Below are positions 39,048-51,064 of a stretch of DNA of 64,000 nt, piece by piece. Made by a program: the position numbers and the translations under genes. Under the pieces are notes generated by a model. That model saw nothing but the letters and a program-made list of their open reading frames with translations. It was not told the DNA's origin and searched no databases. The DNA is from Octopus vulgaris (lineage: Eukaryota). How positions within the stretch are numbered: position 1 is the stretch's first letter; every line of letters starts with the position of its first letter. The stretch covers positions 40,176,001 through 40,240,000 of the forward strand of contig OX597827.1 of the NCBI GenBank assembly GCA_951406725.2, in the 5' to 3' direction.

Positions 39048-39532
39048 CATACGTATACATACATACATATATACATACGTATCCATATATACATACGTAT
39101 CCATACATATATATATACATACGTATCCATACATATATATAACTATACATATCCATACATATATATATCTATACATATCCATACATATATATATCTATAC
39201 ATATCCATACATATATATATCTATACATATCCATACATATATATATCTATACATATCCATACATATATATATCTATACATATCCACACATATATATAATA
39301 CAAAATGGGACAAGAACGCTAAACATCCGGACAGCTAGGTGATATACATACATATATATTTATACATATACACATATACATATATACATACTTATACACA
39401 TATATACATACATATACATACATATAAACATACATATACATACATATAAACATACATATACATGCACATATACATATATATACATACACATAGATACATA
39501 CATATATATATACATGAGAGAGGTTGAGCTTG

Positions 39533-39570
<38 letters not shown>
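38435..39570. repeat. About 1.1 kb compound (TA/CA) micro/minisatellite
   Basis: 30- and 36-nt units agatatatataagatatatatacatacat(atacat), then 26-nt atccatacatatatatatctctatac units; lies in the putative 3' UTR of TMED exon B. Confidence 0.97.
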
Positions 39571-39573
<3 letters not shown>

Positions 39574-39614
39574 GTAATTATATATGTATTAGGGTAAGGC
39601 CCTAAGTGCAGCTA

Positions 39615-39848
39615 TCATGACTGTATCGTGTTAGCTGGACGTTTGTCTGTGAAGAAGCTATGCAGAACTATGATCTGGCCAATTCCAACAACAATCACTG
39701 CCACTGTCTCGCATATAGACCAAAAAAATACTCTCTCATTCAGGAACTCAGCAAAAGCTCGCCCACTGGACTCCCGCAGCTTGAAGTGAGTCTGATAGTC
39801 AGCAATGGTGTTCAGTTGTGCATGTGTATTCACTGAAGTCTGCTCCAT
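39615..39848 (-). CDS. p24-gamma (TMED7/TMED3-like) terminal exon B (distal): coiled-coil, TM and tail FFTDKRPANTIQS
   Basis: Intact ORF paralogous to exon A (37 of the first 70 aa identical, no gaps); acceptor tttttttcttctctatcttcag immediately before the same M codon. Confidence 0.92.
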   Translation of the reverse strand: MEQTSVNTHAQLNTIADYQTHFKLRESSGRAFAEFLNERVFFWSICETVAVIVVGIGQIIVLHSFFTDKRPANTIQS

Positions 39849-40018
39849 CTGAAGATAGAGAAGAAAAAAATACGAAAATTATATTTTAGGTGGAATTCAT
39901 AACAAGTCCTCAATAAAACAAGTGTTAATGACATTGTTTTGAAAGTGTTTAGAAGACACTTAAAATCAGATTTAAAAATATATATACAAAACTGAGTGTA
40001 AATGTCACAATGTGTGTT

Positions 40019-40051
<33 letters not shown>

Positions 40052-43000
40052 TACTAATCATTTGACATTAGTAGTAAATTTACATTAGCTTCAGAATAAA
40101 GTGTTGGTTGAGTACAAAGTGTAATGTGACAAAGGAACAGGAAATTATGCAATGAATTTCATCAGTTTACAACTATTCTCTGCTACAGGATGCAGTGCAC
40201 TCACAAATGAGTTCTTTGGGAAAGCATTTACTAGCATTTCATTTTAGAAGCTCTGAGGAAGCTAGAAGGTAGTGCACATGTATTCAGAGATGCATCTTAT
40301 AGCAGAAACAGCTTTAGGCTAATGAAGTTCATTGCCTAAATTCTTGTTGTTTTGTCATTTAATTTCATATACAATTAGCTGAAAATGACAAAGACCTGAG
40401 AGTGACGTTTACCACTTATCAAACCAGAGCTCCCTTATTGCATGCCACTTACCAAACTGTGGCTTCCTCAATGTCTCATGGCAGTACTATAACCTTTAAT
40501 AAGCATCATGCACAAAACTCACAACTCCTTCCTAACTTTCTGCCAAGTAAAAAGATTAACACACATACTCAGTATACTAAGTTCTGTTTCTGCAGTTCTA
40601 CCACTCAATATAAGAACATTCTTAAATCAAAAATGGAGACCAGAAATCCAGAGTTATATTTTACAGATTCAATGCTTTAGTGAAGAAAATCTGTTAGTTA
40701 ACATGCAGTTATATCATGTCACTAGCTATTCGGCCTACAAGAAATAGTAACCAATGTTAATTTCCTTTTCTTTAAGATGGTAGGACATGATTTTGAAGGA
40801 GATTTGACTGTTATTGCTAATAGGCCTAGTGACTGCATAGAGACTCCATCCCAATGATAACACTTTAAAACACTGTCTTGTTATCTTAAAAATACTTAGT
40901 TGAACAGATTTTTTTTGTTAGTGTACAAAGTTTATAAATGCATGGCAAAAAGTCAATCAAATTTAGCAGAGAATTTAATTCAAATTTCTCCAGAATGCAA
41001 CCCAAAATCCCAATCACATGATCACCATTTTAAATTTTGTAGAGGGAAATTTTACTGCTTCATTGATCTTGCATATCATAGTTCAGAATTTAAAGTTAAT
41101 AAGTTTACTAGAGACTTAGTCACTATATGCAGCAAGTCAAGCAACTACATAACAACTGAAAAGAAACTAATGTTACACTTGGACAAGTCCACCTTGCATG
41201 CTTCTCCTTTGCTATAGTCATTCATACCAGCAAGCTAACAAGGGAGATTATGTGGTTACTTGACATGCTAGAAATAACGGCCAAATTTCTTCCAATCAAA
41301 CCAACCATTTCAAAAAAAGTAGTCACTAACCAATATAGTCCTAGATATACAAAAAAGATTGGCTGATCATAGCTGGAACACCTTTGGTCATAGGTCTGCT
41401 CAACCAGGGCTGACTTGGGGTTAAACATTAATAGCAGTTATTCAAGACTGGACAACTGAAGGAATGCAATACACTGACTCATAAACTGCATTCTACACAA
41501 CAAAATGACTGCATGTTGTATATAATATGGATGCCCTCAACCAGATACAAGTACCATAGGCTATTCCTAGTTATTTGAACAAGTACCTAGGTACTGTAAA
41601 CCTGCTTGAGCAAGGCTAACCTGCATTTCATAGCAGCAACTAGAGAAACTCCTTCACTGATTCATGTGATCTTCCATTTAGTCCCTTTTGATACCAAACT
41701 ACCTGAGACTGTCTTTGGTTCTATGATGCAATCTTCCTATTTTAAAGCAATTTCAGTTAAAACCTCCCATGAAAATTTCATGTTGATTTTATGTTCCAAA
41801 CACCAGCTTAATAACAACTAAGTTATTTTACTAAATACTCCATTATTTTCAAAATCAATTGAAACAAATGCAGTGCATTTCAACAAAAATATAGTAACAA
41901 GTGGGTTACACATACTAAAGAGTTTGCTGGTGGAGAAGATTTGGTGGTAACATTGAGCAGGTTGATTTCACAGAAGCTCTCTTGCTGGCTTATGTAAGAT
42001 CACCTATTTTAAAGCCAGTATTGTGTTTGTTAGGGGAAAATTTGGCTGAGACACTGAGCAAGTCAAACTACAACATAGCTCCCTTGTCTGGTTTTTCTTT
42101 TATTCTTTTACTTATTTAGACTGTGGCCATGCTGGGGCACCACCTTGAAGAATTTTAATTGAACAAATTAATGCCAGTACTAATTTCGTTAAGCCTGGTA
42201 GTTATTCTATTAGTCACTAGGCTTAACAAAATAATTTTATTAACCCTTTTGATACCCACCCACTTGAAGTTGTCTTCAATCTTATAATACAAAATTGTCT
42301 GTATTAAAATCATTTCCATTTAAAATAAAATCTCCCATTGTTATATAAAGTTATGTTCTAAACACCACTTTAATAATGAAAATATTTTATCATACCAAAG
42401 CCTTTCAAATTCTTGATTATATTCAGAATTAATTGAAACAAATAAGCACAGTAATTTAGTAAAAAATAAAGTCATGAAAAAACTTCAAAGAATTTCTGAA
42501 GTGGTATTTTGTTGGCATTAGAAAGGGCATCTAGCCATAGAAACCAAGCCAAAACAGACTGGAGCCTGGTGCAACTCTCCAACTAGCCTGTTCCAGTGAA
42601 ACTGTCTGACCCATGCCAGCATGGAAAATGGATGCCAAATGATGATGCATTTTAATAAATATTTTGTATCTGTTTAATTAAATAAATACAATCTTTTAGA
42701 CAAATTTTATCATTTACCTTCATTCGAAAATAAATAAATACCACTGAAAATAAGATAATCAAGCAAATAGGATAAGCAGATTTTTTTTTTTTTTTTTTTT
42801 TTTGTTAGAAAGCAAGCTGAAACAATTAGAATATATTAAAGGCAGAAAATAAGAGTCATGCTTGAATTTGTTGCTCAATAATCAATTTTTCTTTCTGATA
42901 CTAATACATAGTTCATCCACAGCAGAGGAATAAAAAACAAAAAATGATGCTAAAGCCAATCTCTGTAAAATTTTGAACTCTTACAGAAAAGTATGATATT

Positions 43001-43057
43001 AAATGCTGTAATCTATTTAATCTAATATTTTACTGGTTCAGTCATGTACACCTTTAA

Positions 43058-43274
43058 CCCTTTTGATACCAATCAGCTGAAACTGCCCATGGCTCTGTAG
43101 TACAAACATCTTGTTTTCATAAGTTTTGAATAAAAATCTTCCACCAAACCTTAGTTGCAATTTATGTTCCTAACACCAGCTTAATGATAACTATGTTATT
43201 TTACTAAATTCTTTGTTATATTTTAAATTAATTGAAACACAGAGCATCTCAAAATAAATATGGTAACAAAAGGG
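43058..43274. mobile_element. piggyBac-type MITE; decayed siblings at about 41680-41908 and 42243-42470
   Basis: TTAA|CCCTTTTGATACCA ... TGGTAACAAAAGGG|TTAA; shared internal ttatgttcc.aacaccagcttaat. Confidence 0.85.
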
Positions 43275-43489
43275 TTAAGTAACATTAACAATTATGAATT
43301 ATGTTAATTTCTCACATTTGATACAAGGCCATAAATTTCTAGAGAAAGACATAGCTAACTGAATCAAATTTAATACATACATGTCAACTGCAGAAGATGA
43401 ACAAGAGACAAAAATGTTAAAAAGGGTGCATTGCATTTAGTCTGATAGTCTACTGCTTCTGCCATCTACAGTCAAATAGGAATAATATA

Positions 43490-44340
43490 ATAATAATCCT
43501 TTCTACTGGATGTGAAAAGCCTGAAATTTTTTTGTGGGAAGAGGGCTAGTCAGTTACATCAACACCCGGGCTCAACTGGTATTTCATGGAGCCCAAAAGA
43601 ATAATAGGCAATGTCAACTACGGCTGAACTTGAACTCAGAATGTAAAGATGGATGAAATGCCCCTAAGCGTTTTGTCTAGCATGCTAACAATTCTGCCAA
43701 ATTCACTGCCTTAATAATAATAACAGTAATAATTTTTCTGATTTAGGCACATAACCAATAAATGAGCAGAGGGAATTAGCTAATGCAATTGAGCAGAGAG
43801 CTTGACTAGTACTTTATATTGTTGATCTGAAAAGATGAAAGCCAAAGTTGACTTTGGCAGGATTTTAACTCAGAATGTTAAGTGTTGGACCAAATGCATC
43901 AAAGCAGTTATTTCTAAGCTCTAACACTTCTGCCAGCTCCCTGACATTATAATAATAATAATTTCAAAGTAGGTCCCAGTCCAGCAATTTTGAGAGAGGG
44001 TTTAGTCGAGTAAACTGACCCCAGTACTTAACTGGTGCCTTTATTTTATCAGCCTGAAAGGATGAAAGGCAAAGCTGACCTCAGTGAGATATGAACTCAG
44101 AATGTAAAGAACCAGAACAAATACCACAAAACATTTTTTTCTGACATCATAATGAATCTTTAATAATTTTTTCTATCATAGGTACAAAACCAGGGAAGAG
44201 AATTAGTCAAAATTCATCAACCCTACTAATTAGAAAAAGGACTTTATATTTCAACAGGTTAAGGATGAAAGATTCAACCTTGGTGGGAGTTGAACTTGAA
44301 ATGTAAAGAACAGGAACAAATGCCACAAGGCATTTATCCA
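43490..44340 (-). mobile_element. Tandem array of 4 SINE A copies
   Basis: Units separated by (TAA)n at about 43490, 43715, 43950 and 44160. Confidence 0.8.
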
Positions 44341-47300
44341 ATAATTTACTGATCTAAGCAAAAATAAAATGATTAGGATATTTTTTTAACAAGACAAAGA
44401 AAATATAAGGAGCTTACAGTTGGTGGAATTTTAAATAGTATATTATTTGGTGGTTATACTCTAACCTTTATACTAAAATGGATGCAGCAGAAAATAAGAA
44501 AATAGGATAAAAATGGAGTATCATCTTGAAAAGAAAGTTGAAACTTTGAGAATATATTTAACATAAAAGCCTAAATTTTTCATGAGCAACACAAATTAAG
44601 AGAAATGCTTTGAATTTAAATTTCACTGGTAAACATTACCCTTCATTCCTAAGAGATGACGGTTAAAAATTAATTTAGGCAGAATTTGAACTCAGAACAA
44701 ATCAGAATGGAACTGAATATCACAACATATTTAATCAGGCATTTTGTAGTGTGATTGACTCTATACCACCAATAATAGCTGGTGCTTATTTCATTGAGCT
44801 CAGAATGATAAAACGTTGATCCTGATGGCTTTGATTTCAGAATGTAAAGAGACATATCAAAATGTCAGCTGTGCCAAAACAATCATCCTATACTGGCTAA
44901 TAATGATGATGATGATGATATATTCAAATAAAGCCTCAAATATGTTGACAATAGGCATGATCAATTAAACTGAATTTCAGCAGAAGAGCAGAATTCTTAG
45001 TCTTATGAAACTAAAGTAAGTATATCTATATATGTAACCGAAACAACTGCTAGCCTTTCTCATCACCTGTCACATACTACCAAAGTAATTCATACCTCAC
45101 ACTGCCTCTGACACTAATTACCACCTTTCTAAAAGAATGAAATAGAAAGTTTAAAAGAATGGAAGGGAAAGAGTTGTTTCGAACAAATGTTTATATCATC
45201 TAGTCTGCCTTGATATTAAAAATATTCCCTCCTCCATGTAAGATGCTGTCAATGTATATCAGCTGGTCTTGTTGTTTAATAAAGGAGCTACCACTTGGGT
45301 CACTCAACTTGCTGGAAACAGTAGCCAATTATCCCTCAAATTTACAACCTACCATCTTAAATGAAGGATATTATTATTAAACAATGCAGTTCCTGATATT
45401 AAAAAAAATCCTGCAATTCTAACAGTTGAGCATACAGCACCCTACAATAGTAACAAAGAAGATAAGTATTACTGCAATGATGACTGGACAGTTATTTATT
45501 ACCAGTTATTGCAAGAAGAGTTCATCAATTGGGGAGAGGGAAAATGATAGAAGTGTTAAAATTTTCATAAACATCTTACCAACAGCCCTTGTCCAGTATG
45601 ACCCGAGTTCTATACTATACATTGTTAGTAGAAAGAGTTACAAATTCCCAAAAAGCCTCATATGAGAATAAAGAAATTTTAAAAAGACATTTATTGTTAC
45701 TACAATTTAGCCCCTGGCCACATGGTAAGGCTTGGTCCAGCAGACCTATGATTAAAGGCACTCAAGTCATGACTTTTACTCAGACATGCTGTATCTAGAA
45801 CTACATTATCCAACATGGTCTTCCTTTATCCAAATAACAGGCTGTTGTTTGAGGAAGATTTGACTGCTGTTTCTGGCAGGACAAGTAGCTGCATAAACAC
45901 TCCTTTGTTGGCTCTTAAAAATTACTCTGAGTTATGTGTATGTATGTGTGGAGAGATCAGAGATTTATTCTTCATGTTTCAGTATTCCCTGCAAAGTGTA
46001 ACATGGCTATTTTCCAAAAATCAATACAATTAACCACCTGGTGATAGAAGCATTTTATCAAAGCACATAGAAACCTAAAGCAATTTGGTTATCACATTTT
46101 ATTTTTTATTCTTTGATTTTTCTATTTTCCATTTTATTGTTTTCTTCTTTAGTTCCAGATCAGTTCCAAAAGAGAAGATAGGTTTTTTTTTTTTTTTTTT
46201 AAGAAAGCGAATCCAACTATGACCAACCCCTCATTTTCTTTAAGATATGACACAATATGTCCTTTTCTGTTTGAAAATATGATTTGCAGAATGAAGATTT
46301 GGTTGTTATGTCTAGTAGAGGTTCCATCTCAATTTTGCTTTCATATGTGAGATCCATTATTAGTTGTTTTTTGGCCCTTTTATTTATTTGAAAAAGGAAG
46401 AAAGTATTATCTTATCAGTCAAGAAAACCAAACCATTGTGACAAGTCCCCTTCCCATGGATGCAACCTGTTGTTGAACTAATGACCAAGTTGTCAATAGA
46501 CCAGCAGAAAAAAAAAAAAAATCAAGTCTATTGAATACGAACAAACTGTAAATGACGTCACTTTAAAATCATTAAATTTAATAATCCATTTCATATCATT
46601 TCTTCAAAAATATCAACCGACTTTTTAATCATTGTATTTTCTGACATACAAATCAAATTTTCCAGACCAAATTAGACAGGTCAACTTATAAGATGACTTT
46701 AGAAGACCAAAAATACTATGTGAAATGCAGCAGGATTTGGAAAGATAGTTATGACAATGTTTACACTATATACACCAAATTATATGCCAGAAAATACAGA
46801 AATGAATTTCAAGTATTCATTACTATTTTGTGGAAAAACAAAATGGAATTGTAACCATAGAGACGATGATCATCTCTACAACAGTTTATAATAAACCAGT
46901 ACACTTTAGACAGGCCATTTTTAATTTGTTAACACTATAACTAAACCCTATCCCCAAGTATCCTACAGATGGATACTAACAGTTTCCTAAAGACAGCCAA
47001 AAATAAATGTGTCAAATAGCTGTAGTGTCAGTGCAAATTAGTTGAAACAGGCTTTGGGGCAAACCAAAAAATACCATATAAGAGGTAAGCAGAGAACCTG
47101 TACATTTATATAAGAATCTGTGGTACAAGATTCTGTTTAGTTTGCATTAGCGACAATAATTGTAGAAAAACAGGAATGGTTTATTAATAATGTTAGACAA
47201 ACAGGTCAAAGATTGTCAGTTTATATTCTAGCAATGGCACTGAGTGTGTCCATGATCATGACATTTAGCTTTCAAGTAAAATTTACCTTGCTGAAACAAC

Positions 47301-49488
47301 AAAATAGGCACAACTTGCCACCATAATCAGTAGGTACAAAGTAAACTTGGCAGCTAACTGTACATGACAAGATCAACTTCCCATGTAGGTAGAGCTTGAA
47401 GAAGAGCAAGTCTTCCCATGCTGATTGACTCTATAAGCACTATAGGAAAACAAGGTATGCAATTGTGCCCACAAAAATCCATAAATCCTGTGTTTAATTT
47501 AAGTTTCTTCAGAATTATGTGAATAATGATAAACCTCCAGCTGGGCTGGCTCCCTAACACTACTGAAATCCTAAGTTGAAGATCAACCATTGCAAGGGGC
47601 ATAACCAGATAACAAAAGATTTTGATCCATGCACTACTAATTTTGCCAACCACCATATAATGGCATTTTTTTTTTCCAATCCACTATTGTCATGTATGAT
47701 AGTACGTCAAAACTAATTACAGATTTCAATGACATTAAGTAACTGAGACATTTTACTTTTACATAAAAAGGAATGTTAATTTATTGTAAGCTTTTGTTTC
47801 AAATCAAATCTGAGACTAAAACTGCAAGCTAATGAAAAGAAGAAAATATAATCCCTACAGCTTTCAGAAGTGAACTGTAGCTCTCCACTAGTTAATGACA
47901 ATATAGAGCTTAAGTGGAGCGCATGAAGTTAGTAACCTGATTTAAAACAGCAATAACTGTTTTGTTACTATACTGATTTTGAAATAGACTACTTTTGTTT
48001 TAATTAATTAGTTTTGGAAATAATAAATTCATTAGAATAACTTTAATTACTAGGTGATTGGAATATAGATTAACGTGAATATAAAGTAAATTTGGAATAT
48101 ATATTTACAGGTTTTAATTTAAATCCATTTAAAAAGAATTTGTATCACAGAAAGAAAGGATTAAATTCAGTTCTCCACAGAAAAAAAAATCCCAAAGTAC
48201 ATGCAAATGTCAAAATTTTGAAAAATAGCCAAAGAATATTTTCTCTTGACAGTATATCCAGTTTTTCAAGATTTTTATTAACTTACCCATTGTCTTTGGA
48301 ATTAGACTTGGAGAACATTCTTACAAGAGGACAAAGTCACAAATTTGCTGAAGGAGCTATACTTAAATATGATAGTTACAGTTAGTATATGATGGTACTT
48401 ATTCTATAAATTCCCAGAGAGATGTAAGTCAAAGTCAACCTGGAAAGATTTAAACTGATAATGTGCAAGGTTGACATTAGATTCCGAAAAATTATTCAGT
48501 CCATCACAACCACTGCTGTAATTGTTTCTGTATACATTCAGATCAACATATTAAAACAACTACATTTCTAAGTTAGTTTGAAGTAATTTTATTCTATGCA
48601 TCTTCAATTTTGCTATTTAATCACTTTTAACTATTAAAACAATGCTAAAAATGATTACTTTAGACTGTGCTCAAAGTAAGTTTTTGCAATAGATGTAAAA
48701 GATTTTAAGCAATCCATACATATTACTGGTATATGATGCTACAAAGAGCATCCAACCAAAGAAACCATGCCAAAGCAAGCATTGGAGCTCAACACAATGC
48801 TTTGACTTGCTGGATCCTACCAAACCATCCAAACCATGCCAGATGTTAAAATGAAATTAATGATGGCAAGACTGGAATTACTATGGAAGTTATTTTGTCC
48901 AATATGCAACAATCTGTGAACATATTACCTTAACCAGTAATATAATAATAATTGTTCCTAACAGGCACTAAGCAAGAAATTTTGAGTACTTGACATGTAC
49001 TTCATGTTACTGACCTCAGCCCAATACTTGATTGGTACTGTAGTTTATCAACCCTGGAGGAATAAAAGCAAAGTTGAATGTGGCAGGATTTGAGCTCAAG
49101 ACAGACAGTAATATAATTCTAATTTTGAAAGAAGGCCAATAGTTTTAGGGGAATGGAGGTTAAACAATTACATCAACCCCAGTACTTGACTGGTACTTTG
49201 TTTCTAAACAGACGAAAAGCAAAGTTGACCTTAGCACAATCTGAACTCAAAATGTAAAGAGCTGGAAGAAATGCTACAAACCATTTTGTCTCATGCACTA
49301 ACAATTCTGCAATAAATAATAACAAGTACAGTTTCTTGCAAAGACCCAAGGTCAGTATTAAAGGGAAACTGTCAACTCAGCCCTGTTACTTGTATTTAAT
49401 TATAACAGGAAAAATAGTATCCTCAACTTAATAAAACTTTAAAATGGCACTACAGCTATCAGTTTGTTTCATACTTATTTGTAATATA

Positions 49489-49721
49489 CAGTGTTAGCCA
49501 AAAGTCACCCGACAGTAAATCAAAATTCCATAAATATTATCTGTAATTCTGCATTGACTCAAACGGAAAAAAATGTATTGCTCAAGGACTTCAGTTTGAA
49601 CAATTTTCATGATGTTTCATATTTAGATGCTTTTATTAAATTCATTCAGTTGTTAAACATAAATAAATCTTGAGAATTAAAGGATTTTGATTTACTGTCA
49701 GGTGACTTTTGGCCAACCCTG
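49489..49721. mobile_element. Tc1/mariner-type MITE
   Basis: TA|CAGTGTTAGCCAAAAGTCACCCGACAGTAAATCAAAAT ... ATTTTGATTTACTGTCAGGTGACTTTTGGCCAACCCTG|TA. Confidence 0.88.
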
Positions 49722-50801
49722 TATGACTTCATATAGGTAATACAATATTGAAAATTTATGGCATATATGCTCTGGGTGTTACCAGTACAATTTGGAATAT
49801 GTGGAAGAAAACTGAAGCCAATTCATAGATATGGATCACATAGAGCTTATATATTGTATTATATATATAAACACTTGGAGGTTGGGGGGGGGGGCTTACA
49901 GTATGATGTCCAGTTAATGATAAAAGTGTGTACAATGAATTTAGTATTGAACAGAAACTACATGCCAGCTATCACAAAATTTCAGATCTAATGGCAAGAC
50001 TGATTAACTTTAGTAGCCTTAATTTTAAGAATATTTTCACTGTCTGGTATATTAAGATGTTTTAAAAATCAAAGAAAACTCTTACATAAAAGTGGGATGG
50101 AAAGTTTTGATTTATATATAAACACTTTAAAGCAAGCAGTTGTGTCAAACAACTAGAGGTGGTCTCAGGCAGGTTAAAAACAATTTCATAACTTTATCAT
50201 ATATTTTAATTGTATGAATTAGAAGAATGATTTTCATAAAATAACCAAAACTGGTGGTTGAGGGAGGAAGAAACAACTTATGGGTTGCTGCAGTAGGAAG
50301 CATTGCACCACAGACATCAGGTTATCCTCAGACAAGAGACTTGGACTGAATACTTTCAACAAAGTTTTGCTTAAGGCTCCCAAGGCTTAAGAAAATATGT
50401 TGTGGGTTGTGAGATAAATCAGACAACCATGCAATGCTACATAATACCAAAACAACCTCATCAACTGTGGCATGAAATTAATATTACCCAGAATAATGGG
50501 TTATATACTATTAAAAAATAACAGGCTTTTTTTAATGTTAAGCAAAACAAAAAAAAAAAACACCTGTCTCCTTCGAAATACCTTCACCCATAACACCCGT
50601 TTAAGCAATCCCGACTACCCTAGGCCGAGAGGGCCAGTTTCACTTTGGAAACCACTTTTATAGCACTGTTCTCAGAGACCACATGCCTAATTTATTACAG
50701 TTCAAATTTTACCTCAATGAATAAGTAAAATAAAAATTCATATTTTGATGATAAAAAAAAAAAAAAAACACTAACACTTTCGCCAAAAGAGAAACATTTC
50801 A

Positions 50802-50807
50802 TTTATT
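50802..50807 (-). terminator. Candidate poly(A) signal for TMED exon A (implies a ~3.5 kb 3' UTR)
   Basis: AATAAA on the - strand followed by a GU/U-rich tract (gtgttagtgttttttttt); AT-rich context makes chance hits likely. Confidence 0.4.
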
Positions 50808-51033
50808 GATTTCTGGACAAAAACAATCAAAATATTTTTTAAATCTTGAAATATTACAAAAAAAAAAAAAAATATTCTTAGATTATAAAAAAAATGTTTA
50901 CAAAATTTACAATGAATTCAAAGAAAATCTTAATATATCAACAATTCACTAGTCTGCTTATTTTGAAAAAAAAAAAAAATTTACAAATTATTTCCAATTA
51001 AAATAATCAAACCAGATGGTAATTTCAGTACAA

Positions 51034-51064
<31 letters not shown>

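Noticed and set aside
38362-39182. Longest ORFs in the track (174-231 aa, Y/I/M/C-rich)
   Set aside because: Translations of a TA/CA minisatellite that happens to lack stops; not genes.
39615-39848. TMED exon B as a processed pseudogene or stand-alone 77-aa gene
   Set aside because: It begins exactly at a canonical acceptor with a pyrimidine tract, has no upstream TMED sequence, poly(A) tail or TSD, and keeps its frame despite about 47% aa divergence from exon A.
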